Shown here: positions 1 to 9,068 of the stretch, one piece after another
How positions within the stretch are numbered: position 1 is the first letter of the stretch
Layout of the letters: every line of letters begins with the position of its first letter
Notes under the pieces: generated by a model
Database searches by the model: none
Seen by the model: only the letters and a program-made list of their open reading frames with translations
What the model was told of the DNA's origin: nothing
Source: an uncultured Bacillota bacterium
Lineage (GTDB): Bacteria; Bacillota_I; Bacilli_A; RF39; UBA660
Assembly: GCA_946622285.1 (NCBI GenBank)
Contig: CAMOPK010000001.1
Span: 41,343 to 105,342, forward strand
Direction of reading: 5' to 3'
Length of the DNA: 64,000 bases
Position numbers and translations under genes: made by a program

Positions 1-835
1 CCATTAAATTAGTTGTCGTATTTTCGTGAATTTCCTTACTAATACTAGACAATTCTCCTTTATTAAAAAACTCCCCAAATAAAGTCCAGTTAGTTGGATA
101 ATGTTCGTTTATAGCAATAGTGTTAGTTTTGACAACTTCAGGTTTTTTATTATACATAATTGTTCCAATATAAGAACCTGTTGGAATAATATTAACAAGT
201 TTTTTACTAACACGTTTAAATTTATCTGATTCAAATTGCTCTAACCTAAAACCTGGGCCATCGAATGAATAAACTTTTTTAATGTGCTCAAAAACATCAT
301 CATTTACTTCCATACCAACAAAAGTAGCTAGATTTCCACCTTTAGAATGTCCTACTAAATAAATTATTTCATCTGAATCATTTATATTTTCTAAAAAATA
401 TTTAAGTGCTAATTCTTGAGTATAAGTCGGATATGAATAAGCTGTTCTAAAATTTTCAACCCATCCAATAATTGACTCATCAGTACCTTTAAAACTGATA
501 ATTGTTTTATTATCTAATACAATTTTAACTGCACCGAATTGAGTTTTCTCATTTCTAAAATTTTCAAAATTAATAAGCTTCATTTCATGATATCTTCTAG
601 ATGAAAGCATTGCCTTTGCCAAACTATATAAATCTTTATGAAATGACTTCTTCTTTTTTGGTTCCAATGCCTGTATTCCTTCTTCTAGAACAACATCAAG
701 ACTTTTTTCACCTTTATAAGGTTCTATTGGTAAATAAGATAAAAGAGCACATACTAATTGATCCATCATATTAAAATTAATTTTTTTAAGTGATGACGCT
801 TTATAGTACTTTACATAATCTAATATTGTAAACAT
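1..835 (-). CDS. DUF2974/Mbeg1-like alpha/beta-hydrolase (lipase-like), C-terminally truncated by window edge
   Basis: Own translation of minus strand from ATG at 835..833 (RBS GGAGGAAAAT upstream): MFTILDYVKYYK... contains GHSKGG (GxSxG nucleophile elbow). ORF runs off the window start, so it is absent from the ORF track. Confidence 0.5.
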   Translation of the reverse strand, partial: MFTILDYVKYYKASSLKKINFNMMDQLVCALLSYLPIEPYKGEKSLDVVLEEGIQALEPKKKKSFHKDLYSLAKAMLSSRRYHEMKLINFENFRNEKTQFGAVKIVLDNKTIISFKGTDESIIGWVENFRTAYSYPTYTQELALKYFLENINDSDEIIYLVGHSKGGNLATFVGMEVNDDVFEHIKKVYSFDGPGFRLEQFESDKFKRVSKKLVNIIPTGSYIGTIMYNKKPEVVKTNTIAINEHYPTNWTLFGEFFNKGELSSISKEIHENTTTNLM

Positions 836-873
836 ATTTTCCTCCTATCCTTTACACTAGTAATATTATAGCA

Positions 874-903
874 CAAAAAAAGTCATAATAAATTATGACT
901 TTT
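874..903. terminator. Bidirectional rho-independent terminator (AGTCATAAT-AA-ATTATGACT hairpin flanked by A-run and T-run)
   Basis: Perfect 9-bp inverted repeat at 881-900 with A7 upstream and T3 downstream, immediately after the BofA-like stop (906). Confidence 0.5.
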
Positions 904-905
904 AG

Positions 906-1181
906 TTAAATGATATGGAATACTGCCAAGATTAATAAAATAAGTACTCCTGGAGCCCCGAATATTCCTGCTACTAATACTGTAATAATATTAAGAGGAA
1001 TTGAAACTAAGCCAGTCCAATTAATTAACCATAATACTGCTAATCCGATTAATGCATTAACGATTAAAGCAACAAGCTTTTTACCATTAATTTTGAAAAC
1101 ATATTTAGCTAGTAAAATTACGACAAGTGCAATGACTGCTATTTTTAAATAATCCATCCAACTAACTCCTTTCAAATACAT
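906..1181 (-). CDS. bofA: Pro-sigmaK processing inhibitor BofA-like small membrane protein
   Basis: 91 aa, two TM helices. C-terminal NIITVLVAGIFGAPGVLILLIL resembles the Bacillus BofA C-terminal motif (from memory). Confidence 0.55.
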   Translation of the reverse strand: MYLKGVSWMDYLKIAVIALVVILLAKYVFKINGKKLVALIVNALIGLAVLWLINWTGLVSIPLNIITVLVAGIFGAPGVLILLILAVFHII

Positions 1182-1236
1182 TTTACTGCATTTTTTAGAT
1201 TTTGTCTATTAGCCTTATATTACAATGATTTTACAA

Positions 1237-1362
1237 TTATTTTTTCGATGTCAACTGTTCGCCAGCACCCAATAATGTAGCATATTTTGACATCTCATCA
1301 ATTGTTAAAGGAAGTCCTAGACGCGTTCTATCATATGCCGAATATTTTTTTAAAGGAGACAT
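1237..1362 (-). CDS. Possible small ORF (41 aa, MSPLKKYSAYDRTRLGLPLTIDEMSKYATLLGAGEQLTSKK), locally GC-richer, weak RBS
   Basis: Own translation; not in ORF track (below size cut-off). LTIDEMSKY resembles the HTH_17/Xis-type motif LTIEEASKY. No good SD sequence; in-frame stop 9 codons upstream. Confidence 0.2.
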   Translation of the reverse strand: MSPLKKYSAYDRTRLGLPLTIDEMSKYATLLGAGEQLTSKK

Positions 1363-1472
1363 AAGCATTTTTTTCTACTTACATATTCATAGTTATATTC
1401 TTTTTCTAACATTGAATCGAATGGCCTAGGAAAATACCCATCCCTACTTGTACTTTCTGAAATAATTTCAAG

Positions 1473-1494
1473 AAAAAAAGATAGAAACCTATCT
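1473..1494 (-). terminator. Rho-independent terminator after the Cys-rich peptide gene (AGATAG-GTTT-CTATCT + T7)
   Basis: Hairpin at 1479-1494 on the minus strand, followed by TTTTTTTC (complement of A-run 1473-1479). Confidence 0.5.
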
Positions 1495-1634
1495 TATTTT
1501 TCACAAGTACATTCTTTTCCTTCATGACAGCCACATTCGCATGTTTCATCACAAGAGCCATCACAAGTACATTCTTTTCCTTCTTGGCAACCACATGTGC
1601 AGTCTGGAGTGCAATTACATTTCTTTTCTTCCAT
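1494..1634 (-). CDS. Metallothionein-like cysteine-rich peptide (46 aa, 13 Cys, 1 His)
   Basis: Own translation: MEEKKCNCTPDCTCGCQEGKECTCDGSCDETCECGCHEGKECTCEK. Strong RBS GGAGG 6 nt upstream (1641-1645). Contains a perfect 23-nt internal direct repeat (1501-1523 = 1561-1583), giving two ..EGKECTC.. modules. The ORF-track 62-aa ORF at 1406..1594 is the wrong frame of the same strand. Confidence 0.6.
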   Translation of the reverse strand: MEEKKCNCTPDCTCGCQEGKECTCDGSCDETCECGCHEGKECTCEK

Positions 1635-1645
1635 TTTAATCCTCC

Positions 1646-2194
1646 TTATTTTTTATAATAATTACTATTATCTATAAACAAATCCTTTTTATTATATTTT
1701 TCTAATGTGTCTATTATTTCATCTTTATATTTAGCATTTATAGAAATAAAACCATTGACAACAATTTTAGGTAATATGCTTATTGTATATTTATTCAAAA
1801 TAATATATTTAATATCTTCCCATTTAACACGAATGTTTTTATCGTCATCAATGTACTCAATTCCATCTTCATTAAACTCAACTATTCTAACTCCTTTAGT
1901 TTTAAGAAGCATTTTTATTCTCTTAATACAAACAAATAGATAAACAATTTGAATCAACAAAATTACAGTCAAAGCACCTGTCATAAACATAAATATTGTC
2001 TCTTTTGTATCAAGATAGAAATAAAAATTAAGCAGTAAGACAAAGAAAACAAAAATATTATAATATATTAAATACTTTGTAAATTGATATGCTTTTCTTC
2101 TTGGATTTTTTTTGAATTTTTTATATCTTGAAACGACATATAAAAATTCATCATAATATTCTTTAGATCCACGTTCTTTAACTTCAAGTCGCAT
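1646..2194 (-). CDS. YcxB-like membrane protein (two TM helices + bacterial PH-like domain)
   Basis: 182 aa; central hydrophobic hairpin (IFVFFVLLLNFYFYL ... LTVILLIQIVYLFVCI) followed by a soluble C-terminal domain. Own promoter TATAAT and RBS GAAAGGA upstream. Stop is 11 nt from the Cys-rich peptide start, so they form an operon. Confidence 0.45.
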   Translation of the reverse strand: MRLEVKERGSKEYYDEFLYVVSRYKKFKKNPRRKAYQFTKYLIYYNIFVFFVLLLNFYFYLDTKETIFMFMTGALTVILLIQIVYLFVCIKRIKMLLKTKGVRIVEFNEDGIEYIDDDKNIRVKWEDIKYIILNKYTISILPKIVVNGFISINAKYKDEIIDTLEKYNKKDLFIDNSNYYKK

Positions 2195-2235
2195 ATTATC
2201 GTCCTTTCACATATAATTATATCACAAAATGACTT

Positions 2236-2260
2236 TAGAAAAAAGAGACAAAAGTCTCTT
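2236..2260 (-). terminator. Rho-independent terminator of the ABC transporter gene (AGAGAC-AAAA-GTCTCT + T-run)
   Basis: 6-bp perfect stem at 2245-2260 directly after the stop at 2261, followed on the minus strand by TTTTTTC. Confidence 0.6.
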
Positions 2261-5200
2261 CTATTCGCTTCTTAAAGCTTCTACTGGATCTTTTTTAGAC
2301 GCTTTCCTTGCAGGTATTAAACCACCAATTAAAGTTAATATAATACTTAATACTACAAGTATAAATGCACTCTTTACGGCTAATGCAGCACTTAAAGGAA
2401 TATTTCCTGTATAGTGATGCAATATAGTATTAATAATCGGAATTAATGTATAAGTTATTGCAATACCAATTAATCCAGATAAAAATCCAATTATGAATGT
2501 TTCAGCATTAAATATTGAAGAAATATTACGTTTAGATGCACCAATACTTCTTAAGATACCAATTTCCTTAGTTCTTTCATAAACTGAAATATAAGTAATA
2601 ATACCAATCATTATTGATGAAACAACAAGTGAAATTGAAACAAAAGCAATTAAAACATAACTTACAGCATTAACAATTGTTTTAACTGAATTCATTAGAA
2701 TACCTGTCGTATCTGAATAATGAATTACCTTATCTTCATTACCTTCTTTTTCCATTTTTTCATTATAACTATCAATAAATTTTAAGAAATCTTCTTTACC
2801 CTCAAAACTTGTAAAATAGAAAGATATATAAGTTGGAATTTCTTTATCTTGATATCCAAGTTTAATTAAATTTGTATTTTGATTTGTTTCACTTCTATTT
2901 GCCATTGCCCCAAAAATACGCATAAGCTCATCTTCAGTAAATTTTAAAGTAAATGCTGATGCAATCTTATTTGAATCAACATTGAATGCATTAGCAAAAC
3001 TTTTACTTAAATTTCCTGTTAATTCACCAACTTTTGTTAAAATTGTTGCTTTCATTTTAGTTTCGGTCATCCCTTGAGCAAGTTTTTCAATTGCTCCAGC
3101 AGCACCAGTAACATAAGATTGATAAACTGTATTTAAAAGATTATTATCAACTTTTGCTGTTGGATTAGATGGATCAGTTGTTAAACTTGGATCAACTCCA
3201 GCATATGTGGAAATGTAGATTTGAAGTAGTGCTTTCAAAAGACCTGAGTATGCCTCTTTAAATGTTGCAGCTGGAATTACATAATTTTTTTCCAAATTAT
3301 TAACGATATTCTTTGCTTCAGCACTATTCATATAATCATTAACAATATTATTAATATCATTCTTGCTAAAATTCCCATCAATGCTATTAAATAGTCCTGT
3401 TTTTAATGTATTTAATCCATTATTAAAGTCTTTTTTTGCAGGAGTAATATCTGTTGTAATTGAATTAGATATTTCACCCATATACCCCTTTGTTTGATTT
3501 TCTAGATCCTTTTGATTAATTTTTACATTAAATGCATTACCAAGTTTTTTCTTATCGATATTTACTAAATCTGCAAATTGTAAATCTAAATTATTCTTTT
3601 TACTATCAAATCTTGTATTTGAGAAAACATCTACTTCTGGATTATCTAATTGTTTTTTTACCATTTCGTTTTTAGAAGCGTTATCAATAATATAATCTAT
3701 TAATGAATTTTGATAATGAACTCCTGGTGTTAAAGCAGAAGATGTAACTCCTGGTTTAGTAGTAACAATTCCAACTATTTTTAAATCAAGGGCTTTATCA
3801 TAAAGACCTTTCATGTATTCATCGTCTTCACTCATATCTTCATAAACTTCATATTTTGTATTATATTTATAAACATCATATGGATTAACCATTTTAAGTT
3901 TAATATTTAATAAGTCTTCATACGTGAATGTTAAAGGTTCATTATGAATATTAGAACTTTCACCTGACATTATTTTGGTAAACATATCAGTTAATTCATC
4001 ATAATCTCTTAAACCTAATGAATAAACAAGCAAATCAGAAATATTACCTTTTTCACTTAAGACAATTATCATTTCATTATATTTTTCTGGCCATCTACCA
4101 GCTAAAACTTCATATTGCTCATCAAGTATTTCTCTACTATCTAACATTTGACTATAAATTGAAGTCATCGATGATAGTGTTCCCATCATATTTGAATTAA
4201 ACATAGAACTAAATAAACTACTAGGATTTAATTTTGCAAGTTTATTTGTTGCATCAATTGTGTAAATCAAAGGTTCAATGCTATACGAATACTTTACATT
4301 TCTTAAGTCTTTTTCAACTTTTGAATAATTGTCTTCTAAATAGTGTTTAAAACTTTTAATATCATTTACTTTGATATTAGAAAACATTGATGTCATATAT
4401 TGTTGTTCTTTAACAACATCTTCATTTACTTCCTCACCATTACCAGATTGCATAGCAAGTAAAGCTCCTGTAACATCAGTTGCTTCTTGCATAATAGAAA
4501 GTGGATAAGAGCTCAAAGTATCTTCTTGAATAGAATCAACATAATTTTGAAATCCTGTTGAAACAGCTAATATCAAAGCAATACCAATGATTCCAATTGA
4601 ACCAGCAAAAGCAACTAAAATTGTTCTTGCTTTTTTAGTCATTAAGTTATTAAAAGAAAGTGATAAAGCGGTCAAAAATGACATACTTGTTTTTTTATCT
4701 TTATTACCAGATCCTTTACTCTTTTTTTCTTTAAAAGGATTAGAATCTGATGTAATTTTACCATCTTTTAAATTGATGATTCTATTTGAATATTTTTCAG
4801 CTAACTCTGGATTATGAGTTACCATTATAACTAATTTATCTTTAGAAATTTTCTTTAATAATTCCATTATTTGAACACTTGTTTCAGAATCAAGTGCTCC
4901 TGTTGGTTCATCAGCAAGTAAAATGTCTGGATTATTAACTAGTGCACGAGCAATTGCAACTCTTTGCATTTGACCACCAGATAATTGGTTTGGTCTTTTA
5001 TACATATGGTCTTCTAAACCGACATCTTTTAATGCCTGTTTAGCTTTCTCAATACCTTCTTTTTTAGAAATACCAGAAAGAGTCAATGCAAGGCGAACAT
5101 TAGAAAGAATAGTTTGATGTGAAATTAAATTATAGCTTTGGAATACAAAACCAATACGATGATTACGATAAGCATCCCAATCTGCATCTTTATATTTCTT

Positions 5201-5407
5201 AGTGCTTATTCCATTAATAATTAAGTCTCCTGAGTCATAATGATCAAGACCACCAATTATATTTAAAAATGTAGTTTTACCTGATCCAGAAGGACCTAAA
5301 ATAGAAGCAAATTCGCATTCACGAAAAGAGACACTGACGTCATCAAGTGCCTTTTGAGTAAACCCTTCTGTTTTATATATTTTTGTAATGTTTTTAATTT
5401 CTAACAT
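2261..5407 (-). CDS. ABC transporter, fused ATP-binding and FtsX-like permease (MacB-type), large extracytoplasmic domain
   Basis: Walker A GPSGSGKTT, signature LSGGQMQRVAIARAL, Walker B ILLADEPTGALD at the N-terminus. C-terminal FtsX-type TM bundle (IGILRSIGASKRNISSIF...). RBS AAGGTGA. Confidence 0.85.
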   Translation of the reverse strand: MLEIKNITKIYKTEGFTQKALDDVSVSFRECEFASILGPSGSGKTTFLNIIGGLDHYDSGDLIINGISTKKYKDADWDAYRNHRIGFVFQSYNLISHQTILSNVRLALTLSGISKKEGIEKAKQALKDVGLEDHMYKRPNQLSGGQMQRVAIARALVNNPDILLADEPTGALDSETSVQIMELLKKISKDKLVIMVTHNPELAEKYSNRIINLKDGKITSDSNPFKEKKSKGSGNKDKKTSMSFLTALSLSFNNLMTKKARTILVAFAGSIGIIGIALILAVSTGFQNYVDSIQEDTLSSYPLSIMQEATDVTGALLAMQSGNGEEVNEDVVKEQQYMTSMFSNIKVNDIKSFKHYLEDNYSKVEKDLRNVKYSYSIEPLIYTIDATNKLAKLNPSSLFSSMFNSNMMGTLSSMTSIYSQMLDSREILDEQYEVLAGRWPEKYNEMIIVLSEKGNISDLLVYSLGLRDYDELTDMFTKIMSGESSNIHNEPLTFTYEDLLNIKLKMVNPYDVYKYNTKYEVYEDMSEDDEYMKGLYDKALDLKIVGIVTTKPGVTSSALTPGVHYQNSLIDYIIDNASKNEMVKKQLDNPEVDVFSNTRFDSKKNNLDLQFADLVNIDKKKLGNAFNVKINQKDLENQTKGYMGEISNSITTDITPAKKDFNNGLNTLKTGLFNSIDGNFSKNDINNIVNDYMNSAEAKNIVNNLEKNYVIPAATFKEAYSGLLKALLQIYISTYAGVDPSLTTDPSNPTAKVDNNLLNTVYQSYVTGAAGAIEKLAQGMTETKMKATILTKVGELTGNLSKSFANAFNVDSNKIASAFTLKFTEDELMRIFGAMANRSETNQNTNLIKLGYQDKEIPTYISFYFTSFEGKEDFLKFIDSYNEKMEKEGNEDKVIHYSDTTGILMNSVKTIVNAVSYVLIAFVSISLVVSSIMIGIITYISVYERTKEIGILRSIGASKRNISSIFNAETFIIGFLSGLIGIAITYTLIPIINTILHHYTGNIPLSAALAVKSAFILVVLSIILTLIGGLIPARKASKKDPVEALRSE

Positions 5408-5469
5408 CTAATCACCTTTTCTTGCCGTTAGTATTATATTATATTTTCTTAAAATTTGATAGATTTTTT

Positions 5470-5931
5470 TTAATAATCTGATGTTCTTTTTTTGTTTAAA
5501 TTTTCATCATCATCAGTAGTTAAGAATTTCATGAAAATTCCTTGAACTAGTGAATAACCAGCATCAAAATGTAAAGGCTTATCACTTTCATTTTGAACTT
5601 TAACAAATATATGTCCCTCATTGTCTTCATTGTTATAATAATCAGCATCAATAACACCTACTTGATTAACTAAACGAATATTATATTTAAAACCAGTAGA
5701 TCCTCTTACTATTAAAAATAAAACTTCATCAGAATTAAAGCATGATTTAACTCCTGTTGGAATTTTAGCAATCTCGCCTGGTTTAATATCTAAATCTTCA
5801 AGTAAGTATATATCATATCCTGCAGCATCTGTTGTTTTTCTTGCAGGCAATTTATAACTATCATAAAACTTCTTATCATCTTTTACTGATTTTGAGAATT
5901 CTTCATAACTAATTTTTTCAAACTTACGCAT
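5470..5931 (-). CDS. dut: dUTP diphosphatase (dUTPase)
   Basis: 153 aa with dUTPase motifs AGYDIYL, RGSTG and GVIDADY. Confidence 0.7.
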   Translation of the reverse strand: MRKFEKISYEEFSKSVKDDKKFYDSYKLPARKTTDAAGYDIYLLEDLDIKPGEIAKIPTGVKSCFNSDEVLFLIVRGSTGFKYNIRLVNQVGVIDADYYNNEDNEGHIFVKVQNESDKPLHFDAGYSLVQGIFMKFLTTDDDENLNKKRTSDY

Positions 5932-5933
5932 TT

Positions 5934-6437
5934 TTATATCTCCTTTGAATAATAATTGACTATAACTTCTGTTCCATCTGGATAAGTATCAGTTGATGTT
6001 TTTAGATATGTTGTAAAGCCATATTTAAAATAAATCATCATATTCTTTACTTCACATGGTTCAACCCCTAAAGTTACTTTTTTATAACCTCTTTTTTTAA
6101 GATCTTCAATCATGAACTTAAATAACTTACTGAAGTATCCTTGGCCTTGATATTCTTCAATTACACGAAACGCTTCTAAATAAGCTGTATCTTTATCGGC
6201 TAAACCATTTCCATTTTGAACATCACTTGTATCAAATATTGCAGTTGTTTCAGCAATTATTTTACCATCTAAGACTCCATGATAAACAACACTTATACCT
6301 TTTTCTACTCTATCAAAAGCATTCTTTTTCCAGGTGATCCAATTATCTTTATCACTAGCTTTATTTATTTCATAATCCCACTTTATTTCCATTTCAGGAA
6401 TAGTCGCGATTTTGCAAATATATTCCATAGGTCTCAC
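5934..6437 (-). CDS. GNAT family N-acetyltransferase
   Basis: 167 aa; acetyl-CoA-binding motif RVIEEYQGQGYFSKLFKFMIEDLKKRGY. Confidence 0.65.
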   Translation of the reverse strand: MRPMEYICKIATIPEMEIKWDYEINKASDKDNWITWKKNAFDRVEKGISVVYHGVLDGKIIAETTAIFDTSDVQNGNGLADKDTAYLEAFRVIEEYQGQGYFSKLFKFMIEDLKKRGYKKVTLGVEPCEVKNMMIYFKYGFTTYLKTSTDTYPDGTEVIVNYYSKEI

Positions 6438-6477
6438 CTTTAGACATTATAACAAAAAAGAAGCAGATTTACTACTT

Positions 6478-8214
6478 CTAACTTAATTTTTTATAATCAA
6501 TTTTACCAATTTTAGTAGTTGGAAGTTTCTCTCTGAATTCATATTCAGCTGGCCACTTATATTTTGGTATGTTACTTTCACAATATTTCTTGATTTCTTT
6601 TTCAACTTCTTTTGTTAACTCAATATCTTTTTTAAGCACAATTACAGCTTTAGGAACTTCCCCTTTTACTTTATGCTTCATTGCAACAACTATTGCTTGA
6701 TCAACATATTTATGTTTACTAATAATACTTTCAAGTTCAAGTGGATAAATATTATATCCATTTGAAATAATCATTCTTTTTAAACGTGATTGATAATGTA
6801 AAACTCCATCTTTACTCATGTAGCCTAGGTCTCCAGTATGAAGCCAAGTCTTGCCATCATAGTGAGTTCTTAAAACTTCTGAAGTTTCCTTTTCCTGATT
6901 AATGTAACCTAACATTACAGATGGGCCTGTTACACATATTTCACCAATTGTTCCAAGTTCTAGTTCAATATCAGTATTTGGTTCAAATATCTTGATAATA
7001 TTATCTGGATTAGGTATACCAATATTATCAATATCTTTAACACTTTCACATGTAGCTGAAATAAATGCAGTTGCTTCAGATAATCCGTATCCTATCTGAA
7101 TATGTGCCAAAGATCCACAATCTCTGAAATAATTAATTGTATTTTCTTTCAATTCTTTAGGTAAATAATCTCCACCACTTAATATTACTTGAACACTCTC
7201 AAAGCTATTTCTTCCAAGTTTCTTATTTTTTATTATATAATTTAACATACTTGGAATAACAGGTAATAGATTAGGTTTTTTATCCTTGATTACCTTATTT
7301 AACTTATGAACATCAATCTTAGGTATTAAAATGCACTTTAATCCTATTGCAAGTGGTACATGAATACAAACACAAAGACCAAATCCATGAAAGATTGGTA
7401 AAGCCGATAAAATAGAATTACCAGCTTTAGCTTCTGGGCAAACAGCTTCACATTGAGCAGCAATTGAATTAAAGCAAAGATTTGAAAGAACAACACCTTT
7501 ATTTTTACCAGTTGTTCCACCGCTATAAATTATTATAGCCGGACTATCTTGACTACGATTGACATGAGTCTCAATTAAAGAAGTATCATTCTTTAAAAAG
7601 TCAATCCATCTAATAACATTGTCATTGTAATGCATGTTCTTGCGATTTTTTAAAGTATACAAAAGTTTCATGATAGCATCCATACTATTACATACTTCAC
7701 ATACTATTAAATGTTTGATTTTTAGATCTTTTACTTTCTCATATGTAACATCAGTTGTAATTAAAATTGTTGAATTTGTTTCCTTCATTGCTTCTTCAAT
7801 CTCAGCTGATGTTGAGATTGGATGGATGATATTACAAATAGCCCCTATTTTATTAACTGCATATATTGTAAATATTGCTTCAGGCATATTAGGCATACAA
7901 ATAGTTACGCATTCATTTTCAACTACTTTTAAATTTTTCAAAGAAATTGCAACTTGATCAATATTTTTAATTAATTCAGTATAACTATATTCGATTCCAA
8001 AATATTCCAAAGCTGAGTTATTTGGATATTTAATACTTGTATCTTTAACAATATCGTACATTGAGCCATTGTAATAACTTAAATGTTCTGGCATACGATC
8101 ATAATATTTTAACCAAGGTTTTTCATCATTTTGTTTAATACTATTTACTTTATTTATTATTTTATTTATATAATCATTTACTATTCCCATATATAAAACC
8201 TTTCTAATAAACAT
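6478..8214 (-). CDS. AMP-dependent synthetase/ligase (acyl-CoA synthetase family)
   Basis: AMP-binding motif IIYSGGTTGKNKGVVLS, GYGLSEA and TGDLGYMSKDGVLHYQSRLKRMI. True start may be the second Met (8190), which has a better RBS. Confidence 0.8.
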   Translation of the reverse strand: MFIRKVLYMGIVNDYINKIINKVNSIKQNDEKPWLKYYDRMPEHLSYYNGSMYDIVKDTSIKYPNNSALEYFGIEYSYTELIKNIDQVAISLKNLKVVENECVTICMPNMPEAIFTIYAVNKIGAICNIIHPISTSAEIEEAMKETNSTILITTDVTYEKVKDLKIKHLIVCEVCNSMDAIMKLLYTLKNRKNMHYNDNVIRWIDFLKNDTSLIETHVNRSQDSPAIIIYSGGTTGKNKGVVLSNLCFNSIAAQCEAVCPEAKAGNSILSALPIFHGFGLCVCIHVPLAIGLKCILIPKIDVHKLNKVIKDKKPNLLPVIPSMLNYIIKNKKLGRNSFESVQVILSGGDYLPKELKENTINYFRDCGSLAHIQIGYGLSEATAFISATCESVKDIDNIGIPNPDNIIKIFEPNTDIELELGTIGEICVTGPSVMLGYINQEKETSEVLRTHYDGKTWLHTGDLGYMSKDGVLHYQSRLKRMIISNGYNIYPLELESIISKHKYVDQAIVVAMKHKVKGEVPKAVIVLKKDIELTKEVEKEIKKYCESNIPKYKWPAEYEFREKLPTTKIGKIDYKKLS

Positions 8215-8294
8215 TTTTTATTATATCATAAATTGCACTTCTTTTTTAACAAAAATGCACTATTAACATATTATCACATAATTAAAAGCAAGAA

Positions 8295-9068
8295 TTACCT
8301 ATCTTGCTTTTTTTCCTTAAAATTAAATATTTTCTTTCTTTTCAATGTTATAGAACTAATATATGCAGTTATTGGAATAATCATAATTGATCCAATGAAA
8401 GAAATTAATAATTGAATTACTTCTTGATCAAATGCTTTATAGTTTAAAACATATTCAAAAGTTGCACCTCGATGCCACAAGAAGAATCCTATGAAATTGG
8501 CAATAATTGCAAAGTAAAGTGTATTTATCGTCGTTGACATAATATCTCTACCAACATTCATTCCTGACTTAAATAATTCTTTACTATTTAAATGTTGATT
8601 ATTTTCTAACACTTCATTCATAGCAGAACTTATTGAAATAGATGTATCAATTATAGTACCAATAATACATATTAAATACATTCCAATCATGACATCTATC
8701 ATATTTGTTCCAATATCATATGAATATCCACCAATAGCTTCAAGAGATTCCATTGAGAATCCTTGAATGTTACCTCTTTTAACAATTATAAATATGAGAG
8801 TAAATATAAATAGTAAAACTATCATTATTGATACAAATGAAGTCTTTGTTTTAATATTGACTCCATTGATAATAAATAATGTTGAAAGAGTCGCAAGCAT
8901 ACAAATAATTATTGAAAGAATTATTGGATTAAGTCCAGACTTCATTAATAATAAATATAGTATTATTAAAAATATGCCTAGATAAAGAGTTATATATGTT
9001 TTAAATCCTCTACTTCTTCCAATTATTAATAATAATACTAAAAGAGTTATAGATAATAATGTTATCAT
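8295..9068 (-). CDS. YibE/F-family polytopic membrane protein
   Basis: 257 aa, ~7 TM; motif IDTSISISSAMNEVLE is shared with the upstream paralogue. The two genes overlap by 4 nt. Confidence 0.45.
   Translation of the reverse strand: MITLLSITLLVLLLIIGRSRGFKTYITLYLGIFLIILYLLLMKSGLNPIILSIIICMLATLSTLFIINGVNIKTKTSFVSIMIVLLFIFTLIFIIVKRGNIQGFSMESLEAIGGYSYDIGTNMIDVMIGMYLICIIGTIIDTSISISSAMNEVLENNQHLNSKELFKSGMNVGRDIMSTTINTLYFAIIANFIGFFLWHRGATFEYVLNYKAFDQEVIQLLISFIGSIMIIPITAYISSITLKRKKIFNFKEKKQDR

Noticed and set aside
1406-1594. ORF-track 62-aa minus-strand ORF (MVAKKEKNVLVMALV...)
   Set aside because: It is the wrong reading frame of the same strand. The convincing gene is the overlapping Cys-rich frame at 1494..1634, which has GGAGG at correct spacing and a terminator; the 62-aa frame has no RBS and a low-complexity translation.
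1494-1634. Cys-rich peptide as a SCIFF/ranthipeptide or other RiPP precursor
   Set aside because: It has 13 cysteines with no leader/core organisation, and no radical-SAM or other maturase is adjacent (nearest radical SAM is NrdG, 30 kb away). A metallothionein-like function fits better.
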